From Spirochaetia bacterium (lineage in GTDB: Bacteria; Spirochaetota; Spirochaetia; DSM-27196; Salinispiraceae), in contig JBBRCZ010000013.1 of NCBI GenBank assembly GCA_038204425.1, positions 1-64,000 on the forward strand: a DNA stretch of 64,000 nucleotides. The letters run 5' to 3'. Numbering within the stretch: position 1 is the first letter of the stretch; every line of letters begins with the position of its first letter. A program made the position numbers and the translations under genes. The notes beneath the pieces were generated by a model, which worked only from the letters and a program-made list of their open reading frames with translations, was not told where the DNA came from and made no database searches. Positions 1 through 8,452 of this stretch are shown here, piece after piece.

Positions 1-261
1 AGTGATCGGCTCAAAATTAGCGGGCTGTCGGCTACCACGAGTGAACTAGTTGCAATTTTACGCCAACATGTACACAGCAGCGAAGCAATTATGTACATTG
101 AGCAGCTTTTTCAGTTTGGGGATCGAGTCAAGTTTGCCAACGAAAGTGCTAACTATTCAATGAGGCTCAATCAGCTGCATCAACTTGAAGCAGCATTAAG
201 ACACATTGAACACGAACAGCTCATACACCAGGGCAAGGGGAGGGCACATCTTGACATTTGA
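1..261 (+). CDS. 3' end of a bat-operon accessory protein upstream of batA (partial)
   Basis: Frame 1 is open from the window edge to TGA at 259-261 (SDRLKISGLSATTSEL...FGDRVKFANE...). TTxE...DxVKFA resembles the protein usually found just before batA. Overlaps the batA start. Confidence 0.6.
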   Translation, partial: SDRLKISGLSATTSELVAILRQHVHSSEAIMYIEQLFQFGDRVKFANESANYSMRLNQLHQLEAALRHIEHEQLIHQGKGRAHLDI

Positions 262-1249
262 ACAACCAGAAGCTCTGTTTTTGGCCCTTTTGCTGCCGTT
301 GCTAATCTGGCTGCGCCACTTTAGGAGAGCAAGAGCTGCTACCATAACTTTTGCATTTGCTCACGTTGGTTCCGGACGTTTTAAGCCACCAATCACTTGG
401 CAGGCAGTCTTGCATGTAATGCTTGATCTAGTATTTTGGCTTTCTTTGGTTTTTATGATTCTTGCCTTGGCGGCTCCCGCCCAAGTCGAACGACAAAAGG
501 TCTATCTAAACCGCGGCATAGACATAATGGTAGTGTTGGATGACTCACTCAGCATGGCTGCCCAGGTTGAATCGGGCATCTCCCGTTTTGAACAAGCTCG
601 CAAGACCATTAAGAATTTCATTGCCAAGCGAGAAAATGATCCGCTTGGTCTTGTATCTTTTGGGACCGAAGCCAGTCTCGCTCTACCGCCAAGCTTGGAC
701 TACGAAGCCTTTTCCTATGCTCTGGACGATTTGGAAATTATGAGACACGGTGATGGCACAGCAATAGGCATTGGTTTGACACTTGCGGCTGTACATCTAC
801 AAAAGTCTCTTGCTAAGAGAAAAGTGGTAATCTTGGTTACCGACGGAGAGAATAATACCGGTGAAATTAGTCCAGAGATTGCGACCGAGCTTTTGCGCAG
901 CTTGGGCATTGTGGTGCACACGATCGGTGTTGGCGACAGTAGAGCAGTACCGCTGGAATATAGAGACCCACAAACTGGTCGCCAATTGAGGGGTATCTAT
1001 CAGGGTACCCTCAACCAAGATCTTTTGCAGACTATTGCAATTAGTACTGGTGGTCAGTTTTTTATGGCAGGAAACAGTGGTTCTTTAGAGACTGCTTTTG
1101 AAACCATAGATTCTCTAGAAAGAGTTGAGACTCGCATAAGAATTCATGTAGTAAGTAGTTCTCTGGTGCACTTCTTCGTCTTGATCGCTTTGGCGCTTTT
1201 GCTCGTCGACCTTGTGCTACGAAGGCTGATAATTAAGGAGTTGTCATGA
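251..1249 (+). CDS. batA: VWA-domain membrane protein, BatA family
   Basis: N-terminal FEQPEALFL hydrophobic segment, LALAAP, MIDAS motif DDSLSM, DGTAIG, ILVTDGENN, C-terminal TM helix. TTG start at 251 follows GGGAGG. Confidence 0.88.
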   Translation: MTFEQPEALFLALLLPLLIWLRHFRRARAATITFAFAHVGSGRFKPPITWQAVLHVMLDLVFWLSLVFMILALAAPAQVERQKVYLNRGIDIMVVLDDSLSMAAQVESGISRFEQARKTIKNFIAKRENDPLGLVSFGTEASLALPPSLDYEAFSYALDDLEIMRHGDGTAIGIGLTLAAVHLQKSLAKRKVVILVTDGENNTGEISPEIATELLRSLGIVVHTIGVGDSRAVPLEYRDPQTGRQLRGIYQGTLNQDLLQTIAISTGGQFFMAGNSGSLETAFETIDSLERVETRIRIHVVSSSLVHFFVLIALALLLVDLVLRRLIIKELS

Positions 1250-2238
1250 CCATTGAAAGTCCTGGCTTTTTTTGGCTGCTACTCATGTACTTAGTTCTCG
1301 TTCCGGTATTCTTGGCAGAGTATAGGAGAACCAAGGCAGTTTTGTTGTCACTTGGCGGTCGTTGGCTTGAGCAATCTGCCCAGAACACCTTCTTTATTAA
1401 ATGGTTTGTAAGCAGTTTTTGCTATTTTATCTGCCTTTTTTTGCTGGTACTTGCCGCCAGCGGCATAAGCTGGGGCGAGCGACCAATTGAACAAGACCGT
1501 CGAGATATCGACCTGTATTTTGTGGTTGACGTTTCACGCAGCATGTATGCCAAAGATGGCAAGGTGAGCACCCGATTGGATCGAGCCCGCGAAACCATAC
1601 TTCGGCTAAGCCGCGAGATCGCCGGTATAAGGGTGGGTCTGTCAGCATTTAAAGGCAGCTCAAGCTTGCTCCTGCCAATGACTGAAGATCTATTTTCATT
1701 AGAAAACAGTCTTAACTATCTTTCGCCTGATATTTCAAGCATACCCGGCAGCAATGTTAGGGCAGGGCTTGAGCAGGGCGTAAAGTCGCTATCAAAGACT
1801 AACAATAGACATCAGGTTATGTTTTTAATCAGTGATGGAGGCGAACAAGAACAGGACTTGGGCGACCTGGTTGGCCAAATCAGGCATAGCGGAATACTGC
1901 TCTTGGTTCTCGGCTTAGGGTCAGATCAAGCCAGTCCATTGTTTTTGGAGAATGGAACGGCTATCAGGGACAGGGACGGCCAGCAGGTCTATTCCAAGTT
2001 AAACCATGACTACCTTAGTAAGATTGCTCAAAATGCTGATGGCGTCTACCTCGACGAAAGTACCAACAGTGTGGATAGAACCATTCTTGACCTTACCTCA
2101 GGTTTTCAGTCGCGCCAAGAGCGTGAAGGTTTTAGGCTGGAACCAATCAAAAGAGACCGCTTGTTTGTGGTCTTGGCTCTAATTTTTGTTATTGTTGGTC
2201 TGGTGCTACGATCGATACGATGGAGGCAACTGTGGTGA
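1246..2238 (+). CDS. batB: VWA-domain membrane protein, BatB family
   Basis: MIDAS DVSRSM, RLDRAR, LLPMTED, LISDGGE. ATGA overlap with batA. Confidence 0.82.
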   Translation: MTIESPGFFWLLLMYLVLVPVFLAEYRRTKAVLLSLGGRWLEQSAQNTFFIKWFVSSFCYFICLFLLVLAASGISWGERPIEQDRRDIDLYFVVDVSRSMYAKDGKVSTRLDRARETILRLSREIAGIRVGLSAFKGSSSLLLPMTEDLFSLENSLNYLSPDISSIPGSNVRAGLEQGVKSLSKTNNRHQVMFLISDGGEQEQDLGDLVGQIRHSGILLLVLGLGSDQASPLFLENGTAIRDRDGQQVYSKLNHDYLSKIAQNADGVYLDESTNSVDRTILDLTSGFQSRQEREGFRLEPIKRDRLFVVLALIFVIVGLVLRSIRWRQLW

Positions 2239-2834
2239 GAATGCGCCTGCAATTTTATGCATTACTAGTTGGCACTTTTGTTATGCTCTTAACTCAATCT
2301 TGCATCATGGGTCAGTCCCGCTGGGAAATCCTGCAGGGAAATCTCGCCTTTAGCCGCGGTGACTATCACCAAGCCACCTTGCACTATTTGGATGCTCTCA
2401 AAGATAGTACCGAGCACCAAGACTGGATACGTTATAACTTGGGCAACGTCTACCATTCGCTAGGAGAAACGGAAGCTTCAAGCCGCATGTGGAAAAAGAC
2501 TGAGACCAGTCAGGATCAAGAGCTCTTGTTTGCAGTTTTGTTTAACCAAGGTGTAGCCGCCTACGAAGCTGGTAAGTATCGCGATGCTTTAGCGGTCTTT
2601 AGACGAGCGTTAAACCTCAATCCTAAGCATCACGGCGTCAAAGTTAACCTAGAACTCACCCAACAAAAGATTGGCACGTCTCGAGCAGAAACGCCTTCCA
2701 GCGGCAGTACACAAACCGCGCCACCCAAGACCGAAGATAACGCTCGCGTGCTCGACTATGTAAGACTCAAGGAAGAACGCTTTTGGCTTTCATTGCGTAA
2801 AGACCAAGTTGACGCGGGAGAAAACGATTGGTAG
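2235..2834 (+). CDS. TPR protein, BatC-like, probable lipoprotein
   Basis: Hydrophobic leader ending LLTQSC, TPR repeats (YNLGNVY, FNQGVAAY, ALNLNP, NLEL), C-terminal DW as in BatC. Start could be 2220, 2235 or 2241. Confidence 0.75.
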   Translation: MRMRLQFYALLVGTFVMLLTQSCIMGQSRWEILQGNLAFSRGDYHQATLHYLDALKDSTEHQDWIRYNLGNVYHSLGETEASSRMWKKTETSQDQELLFAVLFNQGVAAYEAGKYRDALAVFRRALNLNPKHHGVKVNLELTQQKIGTSRAETPSSGSTQTAPPKTEDNARVLDYVRLKEERFWLSLRKDQVDAGENDW

Positions 2835-2854
2835 TACTACAGTGGTCGCAAGCG

Positions 2855-4921
2855 ATGCATGGTTTCAAAACGTGGCTCATTTTTATCTATTGCCTAGGCA
2901 TGCTCTTTTTGGGACTCACCTCTCTTGCTGCCCAAACTGAGCAAGTTGAAGTACAACTGCCAAGCGAAACCATACGTGCCAATCAACGTTTTACCTTGAC
3001 GCTAAGGATTTCTGACTATGGTATTTCGGTGCCACAGGCCGTCCTGCCTGACTTGGGAGCAGCCTTTACGCTTGTGGCTGGTCCAGAAATTAGTGCTGGC
3101 GAAGGCATAGACCGTCAAGGTAGGCGAAGCAACTATCGTTTTATGCGATTTGTTTTGCGCGCCAATCAAGCCGGCCACTTTGTTGTTCCAAGCTTTGTAG
3201 TCACCTTTGCTAGTCAAGTAATTAATGTACCGGCGACTTTGGTAGAAGTTGCTTCCCAAGACGACGCAAGCTGGGTGCCACCACGATTAGAATGGACCAT
3301 AAGCGAGAACACGGTGTATGAGGGTCAAGCCGTTTTGGTGAGTCTGCGCCTTCGCTTTGTGAGCAAGATTGAGTTTCCCCAGGGGCTAGAATTTGTAAAG
3401 CCACAAGAATTTATGATGGTAGAAGTAAGTGGGCTTGATGCCATAACAAGCGAAACCGTTGCTGCAAATAATTTTAATGTGGTACCGGTTGCCAGTTGGC
3501 TGATAAGTCCCACGAGGCCCGGAGCGTTTGCCTTACCAGAAGCCAAACTCAAGCTAGGCACAAGAACCGTTGCGGTGCGAGCCAGAGCATTTATCGTACA
3601 AGCGTTGCCACCTGGGCTTGAGACCACCGGCGCTATAGGAAAGCTAGAGTTCAAGGTTCTATTTGATCAAAGCAAAGCCGCAATAAATCAAGCCTTTGTC
3701 TTTACTATTAGAGTAGAAGGCGATGGCAACTTGGCCTTGCTTCGCATCCCAGAGCCAGACTTTGGCACTTTGACGGTGCTTGGCAGCGGCGAGAACAAGC
3801 GCTTTGTACCATCTGCCAAGGGCTACAAAGGATTTAGAGAACGATCGTGGAGTCTGAGTTCTCCAATTGCAGGTTTTGCCAGTGTCTATGTACCTGCTCT
3901 ACCGGTACTTACCAGCACTGGAAGCTTGCGGCCTAACCCAGCAACGGTAGCGAGTATACAAGTTTTGTCTAGCCAGTCAGCCAGTTTGGGCAGCGGCCGA
4001 AACGTGCCGCAAACAATAGACACCTCGACTATACATGAGCCGTTTTTTAGGCTCGATCGCTTTCCTGCAAACCTAATTATTCAAGTACCTGTTGGGCTGT
4101 TTTTGGCAGGTATTTTGGTTTTGAGACTGGCACGACCCAAACGACGTAGGACCATTGTAATTCCAAGTATCATTCTTGTGATACTTGCAACACTAACAAG
4201 CATCCTTGTTATAGTTCTGAGCACCATTGATTCTTTGAGCCCAGAGGACCATAGGCAACTAAAACAAGCTCAAAGTCTCGCTGACACCGGCAACTTTGAA
4301 CGAGCCCAAGAAATTTTGCATGCCTTGACTGTCACCTATCCACGCAATGCTGACTTGCATTATCAAACCGGCGTGGCAGCAGCCCGCAACTATTCGCCAG
4401 CATTGTCAATTTTTTATCTAGACAAAGCGCTGAGGCTTCAAAGCGAAAGCCAGCAGTTTGGCGACTATAAGCAAGTTATAGAAGCAGGCTTGTCCCTTGA
4501 ACGTCAGATTCCACTCATGATTACGATACCTGCGCCCGTTTTGACCATTAGCAGTATTGTATTGCTGTCACTGATAAGTCTGGCATTCTTACTCAAAAGA
4601 CGCGGCAAAAAAGCTGGCTTTTGGGTCTTTGTGATGCTGTGCGCAATGCTTTGGATGGTAAATGCCGGTTTGTTGTTTATGCAACTGCAACAAAAAAACA
4701 GCCAAGTAGCCGTATTGTGGGAACCCGGTGGATTTCTTCGTAAGATACCCGAGGCAAGCTCCACGGCATGGTTGCAACTGGCAGGTGGCACTAGCGTAAC
4801 AGTTCTTGCGCGCAGTGATGATTTTCTACTTATTGAGACAGCTTATGGAATCAGAGGTTGGATTGATAGGACCGCACTCTACACGTGGGATAGATTGGTT
4901 TTAGAAACAAGGACGCCATGA
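2855..4921 (+). CDS. BatD-like protein with C-terminal TPR and SH3-like (BatE-like) region
   Basis: Signal peptide, beta-rich BatD-like repeats (VYEGQ, GAIGK, VEGDGNL), TM helices, TPR, and a terminal LRKIP...GIRGWI SH3b-like segment. Fourth gene of the bat cluster. Start uncertain (2828 or 2855). Confidence 0.72.
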   Translation: MHGFKTWLIFIYCLGMLFLGLTSLAAQTEQVEVQLPSETIRANQRFTLTLRISDYGISVPQAVLPDLGAAFTLVAGPEISAGEGIDRQGRRSNYRFMRFVLRANQAGHFVVPSFVVTFASQVINVPATLVEVASQDDASWVPPRLEWTISENTVYEGQAVLVSLRLRFVSKIEFPQGLEFVKPQEFMMVEVSGLDAITSETVAANNFNVVPVASWLISPTRPGAFALPEAKLKLGTRTVAVRARAFIVQALPPGLETTGAIGKLEFKVLFDQSKAAINQAFVFTIRVEGDGNLALLRIPEPDFGTLTVLGSGENKRFVPSAKGYKGFRERSWSLSSPIAGFASVYVPALPVLTSTGSLRPNPATVASIQVLSSQSASLGSGRNVPQTIDTSTIHEPFFRLDRFPANLIIQVPVGLFLAGILVLRLARPKRRRTIVIPSIILVILATLTSILVIVLSTIDSLSPEDHRQLKQAQSLADTGNFERAQEILHALTVTYPRNADLHYQTGVAAARNYSPALSIFYLDKALRLQSESQQFGDYKQVIEAGLSLERQIPLMITIPAPVLTISSIVLLSLISLAFLLKRRGKKAGFWVFVMLCAMLWMVNAGLLFMQLQQKNSQVAVLWEPGGFLRKIPEASSTAWLQLAGGTSVTVLARSDDFLLIETAYGIRGWIDRTALYTWDRLVLETRTP

Positions 4922-5286
4922 AAACTGACTTTGAGGCTTGGCTCGACGCCTATCCTCCCGACGAAAAACACTTAGCAGCAAAAGTTGACAAGCAAGAACT
5001 TACTCATAAAGCAGCCGCATGCAGGCAGGTGCTTGATCTCCATGGTCTCACGCGAGAACAAGCGCGCCTAGCGGTGGATCAAGCTTTAAAAGCAGCCTTG
5101 CAAGATCAGGTCGCAAGTCTCTTAATCATCCATGGCAAGGGTTTGCACTCATCAACAGGGCCAGTTTTAGCGACTTGGCTGCGAGATTATCTTGAGGGAC
5201 ACTCACTAGCAGGAAAAATACAGTCAGTTCCGGCCAAGCAAGGCGGAACTGGCGCACTTGAAGTGTCCGTAAGAAAAAAGAACTGA
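4918..5286 (+). CDS. Smr/MutS2 C-terminal domain protein
   Basis: LDLHG, IIHGKGLHS and GGTGA motifs. Confidence 0.9.
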   Translation: MKTDFEAWLDAYPPDEKHLAAKVDKQELTHKAAACRQVLDLHGLTREQARLAVDQALKAALQDQVASLLIIHGKGLHSSTGPVLATWLRDYLEGHSLAGKIQSVPAKQGGTGALEVSVRKKN

Positions 5287-5333
5287 AATTTCTCTACTGA
5301 AATTTGTCAACTGAAATTTGTCAACTGAAATTT
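5282..5333. repeat. Tandem repeat, 4 x ACTGAAATTT core at 14-bp period
   Basis: Cores start at 5282, 5296, 5310 and 5324, with spacers CTCT, GTCA, GTCA. Confidence 0.9.
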
Positions 5334-5344
5334 CCTAACGAGGT

Positions 5345-5563
5345 CTATCGTTCGCGGTAAATTATTCTTCCTCGTGTGAGGTCGTAAGGAGAGAGGGCCA
5401 CTTTTACTTTGTCGCCGGGTACAATTCTAATATAGTGTTTGCGCATCTTTCCGGATAGGTGGGCCAGAATTAGGTGTCCATTTTGAAGTTCCACTCGGAA
5501 CATAGTATTTGGTAGACTTTCTTTAACAATACCGTCTACCTCTATCGCTTCTTCTTTCGCCAC
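5345..5563 (-). CDS. infA: Translation initiation factor IF-1
   Basis: [11 protein letters not shown]...[10 protein letters not shown]...[11 protein letters not shown]...[13 protein letters not shown] at 5563 preceded by AAGGAG. Confidence 0.98.
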   Translation of the reverse strand: MAKEEAIEVDGIVKESLPNTMFRVELQNGHLILAHLSGKMRKHYIRIVPGDKVKVALSPYDLTRGRIIYRER

Positions 5564-5686
5564 TCGCACTCCTTGTTGGGTATCGGACTATAGTATTGGA
5601 ACTGATGGTCTTTGTCAACGGTTGACATTTTGCTGCGATTCATGCAATGTTTCACGGATTTTTTAGCTTATCATGAAGGAGCCTGT

Positions 5687-6043
5687 ATGGATGCTGAATT
5701 TCTTGCGAAAATGAAAAGCAAGTTGCAACAAATGAAGGCCGAAATAATCCGAAATCTTATCCATGAGGACGAGGATTTCAGAGAGATAGCAGCATCACTT
5801 GATCAAAAAGACGTAGTAGATATTGCGAGTACTGATATAGACAAAAAACTCCTGAGTGTTCTTGGTGCCCAAGACGTTAAACGGCTGAGGCTTATTGATT
5901 CTGCTTTGGTTCGTCTTGAGAATGGCAAGTACGGCCACTGTCTAAAGACAGGCAAGGCCATCCCCAAGGAGCGTCTAGAAGCTATACCTTACGCACTCTA
6001 TACCATCGAGTATCAAAACGAACTAGAACGCAGGCGGCGATAG
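5687..6043 (+). CDS. dksA: DksA/TraR-family transcription factor
   Basis: Coiled coil with DxxDxA tip (DVVDIA), ALVRLENGKYG, IPKERLEAIPYA. AAGGAG before ATG 5687. Confidence 0.88.
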   Translation: MDAEFLAKMKSKLQQMKAEIIRNLIHEDEDFREIAASLDQKDVVDIASTDIDKKLLSVLGAQDVKRLRLIDSALVRLENGKYGHCLKTGKAIPKERLEAIPYALYTIEYQNELERRRR

Positions 6044-6080
6044 CGCGTAGAGCTTTATTTCTAGTCTGCAAATAAAATTG

Positions 6081-6108
6081 TAATATCTCTATACCTTTCT
6101 TCCGATCA
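6081..6108 (+). promoter_or_regulatory. Possible sigma28 (FliA)-type promoter
   Basis: TAAT-N16-TCCGATCA, compared with consensus TAAA-N15/16-GCCGATAA, about 20 nt upstream of ATG 6128. Confidence 0.35.
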
Positions 6109-6127
6109 TGTGATTAGGAGGAAGGAT

Positions 6128-6565
6128 ATGGAACATTTAAACGCGATAAGTCCTTCGCCAGTTCATACGGTTTCAATCTCTCAATTGTTGACACCACAGT
6201 TTGTGGGAGGCAAAATTGCACTGCCTGTTGCGCATTTTAGTCCCTTTACTAGTCTAGAACACGTAGAAGGCGTGCCAGCAAAAGACGGCCCTTCTGTTAG
6301 CATAAGCAAACTCCAAGTACTCAATAGCCTAATAGATCAACTGATTCGCATCAAAGACAAGCGAACCTCACAAAATATTCAAGAGCCGACAGACGGCCTG
6401 TCGGACAGTCTGTCGGACAGCGCATTGGACGGCCTTATTGACCAAGCAGCCAAAAAACTGCAGCACTCTTCCACCAACGTACCTCTGGGGACTAGTGCCG
6501 CAATGGGCGTTGATTTTGGTATCCAAACCAGTCAGACTGGTACTGTTGTGAGTTTTCTTGCTTGA
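6128..6565 (+). CDS. Hypothetical protein (spirochaete-type)
   Basis: Strong AGGAGG SD before ATG 6128. HVEGVPA...SISKLQVLNSLIDQL segment. Confidence 0.7.
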   Translation: MEHLNAISPSPVHTVSISQLLTPQFVGGKIALPVAHFSPFTSLEHVEGVPAKDGPSVSISKLQVLNSLIDQLIRIKDKRTSQNIQEPTDGLSDSLSDSALDGLIDQAAKKLQHSSTNVPLGTSAAMGVDFGIQTSQTGTVVSFLA

Positions 6566-7673
6566 TCAGCCGCAAGCCCAAGTTCTGATACTTGGACTTG
6601 CTCTATTTTTCTTTGCACTGGTGCCCCTGATTGGTGCTTTTAGAGTTAGACAACAATGGAGAGACTTTAGGTTAGCGGTATTTGCTTCACTGGACTTGCC
6701 ACTTTTTGGCAGTGAGAGTCCTAGGATTGATTTAAATGCTTCGACGCCGGTGCGGTTTTTTGGCGTCTTAGAAGCGGTAGAAGCCAATGACCATGTCTGG
6801 CTACGAGGTCAGCAAGAGACGGTCCGGGTTCCTCTCAAGAACGAAAAAATCTACATCCTGCCGCCAGAAACGTCACGAGACTTTGTAAACATGGGTTTTG
6901 ATCCGCTTCAATGTATCAAATGGGAAAAAACCGGTGTCTTAACTGAGGGTATGGGCGCCTTTGTGGTTGGAGTGCCTTCTAAAAGTCACGGTTTCCCCTT
7001 GATTGGCAGGCAAAGAGGGCAACGGTTTTTGGTGCTCTTCTATGATGGAAAGCCAGAAGGCGTACTCTCGCGGGTTATCTGGCACGCTCGACAAAAGAAC
7101 GAGTTTTGGAACGATCTAACCCCCAGCTCACTATTGTTGGGTACCATGGCGCTACTTTTCTGTTCGGTATTCCTATCGTCCAACACTACAACTAGGTCCG
7201 AGAGCATCTGGGCTGCTGCCTTTGCGCTAATTCCTTACTTGCCGCTCATTCCTCCGGGTTTAGCTGGCTTTCTGGTCTATCGCGGTTTGTGGCAAAAAAG
7301 CCGACTCTACCGTGCCAAAAAAGACCTTTACTTACTTGCAGAAAGGGCACTCAATTCTGAGCAACTCAGGCTGCATTGTTCTTACCAGAGCCAAGTGCTT
7401 ACGCAATTTAACCAAGACATAGAGGACGGCATGCGCAAGATAGAGCTTTCTGGGCGAGCCAAGGCCACCACTATTAAGTACTTTCCCTTGTTTAGGCGCG
7501 ACCCAGCCGCTGAGTCTTTTTTGATCAAGGGCGCAGACAGTTTGAGCCTAAAACATTTGATGCGTAAAGTTAGTCTGTATGAGATAGCAAGCCTTGGTTT
7601 TTTGAGCGCAGGCTTGCTGATCAATTTTTCTTTAATAGTCTTCTTGGGTGTGCAGCTAGTAAAAAGTTTTTAA
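6558..7673 (+). CDS. Hypothetical multi-pass membrane protein
   Basis: 371-aa ORF with about four hydrophobic segments, overlapping the stop of the upstream gene. Confidence 0.7.
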   Translation: MLDQPQAQVLILGLALFFFALVPLIGAFRVRQQWRDFRLAVFASLDLPLFGSESPRIDLNASTPVRFFGVLEAVEANDHVWLRGQQETVRVPLKNEKIYILPPETSRDFVNMGFDPLQCIKWEKTGVLTEGMGAFVVGVPSKSHGFPLIGRQRGQRFLVLFYDGKPEGVLSRVIWHARQKNEFWNDLTPSSLLLGTMALLFCSVFLSSNTTTRSESIWAAAFALIPYLPLIPPGLAGFLVYRGLWQKSRLYRAKKDLYLLAERALNSEQLRLHCSYQSQVLTQFNQDIEDGMRKIELSGRAKATTIKYFPLFRRDPAAESFLIKGADSLSLKHLMRKVSLYEIASLGFLSAGLLINFSLIVFLGVQLVKSF

Positions 7674-7697
7674 TCTTGTCGCAAAAAATTGCGGCTC

Positions 7698-8225
7698 TTA
7701 TTCTTTTTTCTTGGCAAAATTGACGCTTAGCGTGCGTCCGCGAAACTCTTGATTATTGATGACATCAATTACTGCCTGAGCCTTTTCGTTTTTAATATCG
7801 ATAAACGAATAGTTATCAAGAATTTTGATAGCGCCAATGTCTTCTTTTTCTAGTTTGCAGGTATCAATCAAAAGGCCCATAAGGTCACGCGGGTAGACTC
7901 TTCTGGTGCGTCCTATGCCGACAAACAGGGTGGTCATCTCTTCATTGTTACGGGAGACTGATGGCTTAATGTCTTCTACTACTTTTTCAGGCCGTCTTGG
8001 CGGCGCTGCAGGTCTTCGTTCTTCTTGGATCGGACTGACTTGCACCATGCGCGCCTTCTTGATCAATAGAGCTGCCACATAGCCACGATTAAAAAGTGGA
8101 ACACTTGATCTGAAAATACGGCGTATTTCATTGATTTCACTCGGGTCATTAAGCTGATGTAATTCATCAACCAAAACTTGTAGTGCTGCTTTGAGCGCGG
8201 GCTCATTGAGCTTCACCTTTGCCAT
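7698..8225 (-). CDS. Stand-alone DbpA RNA-binding-domain protein
   Basis: C-terminal TLFVGIGR...VYPRDL...IGAIKILDNYSFIDI matches the DbpA/CsdA RBD. No helicase core. AGGAG SD. Confidence 0.88.
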   Translation of the reverse strand: MAKVKLNEPALKAALQVLVDELHQLNDPSEINEIRRIFRSSVPLFNRGYVAALLIKKARMVQVSPIQEERRPAAPPRRPEKVVEDIKPSVSRNNEEMTTLFVGIGRTRRVYPRDLMGLLIDTCKLEKEDIGAIKILDNYSFIDIKNEKAQAVIDVINNQEFRGRTLSVNFAKKKE

Positions 8226-8235
8226 AAAAACTCCT

Positions 8236-8334
8236 AAAAAAACCGTAGCAAACCCTCTGTATCGTAAAAAAGCCCTTTTTTGCTAGTGTATCACCACTAC
8301 GACAGAGAAAAATACATGATAACTCATGCTACGG
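8236..8334 (-). promoter_or_regulatory. Nested inverted-repeat structure in the leader of the DbpA-RBD gene (candidate cis-regulatory RNA)
   Basis: CCGTAGCA (8243-8250) pairs with TGCTACGG (8327-8334). CTCTGT-AT-CGTA (8255-8266) pairs with TACGACAGAG (8298-8307). On the minus strand the structure is followed by a U-run and then the SD. Confidence 0.5.
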
Positions 8335-8452
8335 CTGAAAATGTGCTATACCAATACATGGCGAGGAACCAAGCATAGAAAAATCTTGGTTCGCACAGTA
8401 AAATATCTACACCGGGTTGATTTGTCAACCTTGCACGCACAAGGAGTTTAAG

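Noticed and set aside
5282..5333. Possible mini-CRISPR array
   Set aside because: Repeats are 10 bp with 4-bp spacers, far too short, and there are no cas genes.
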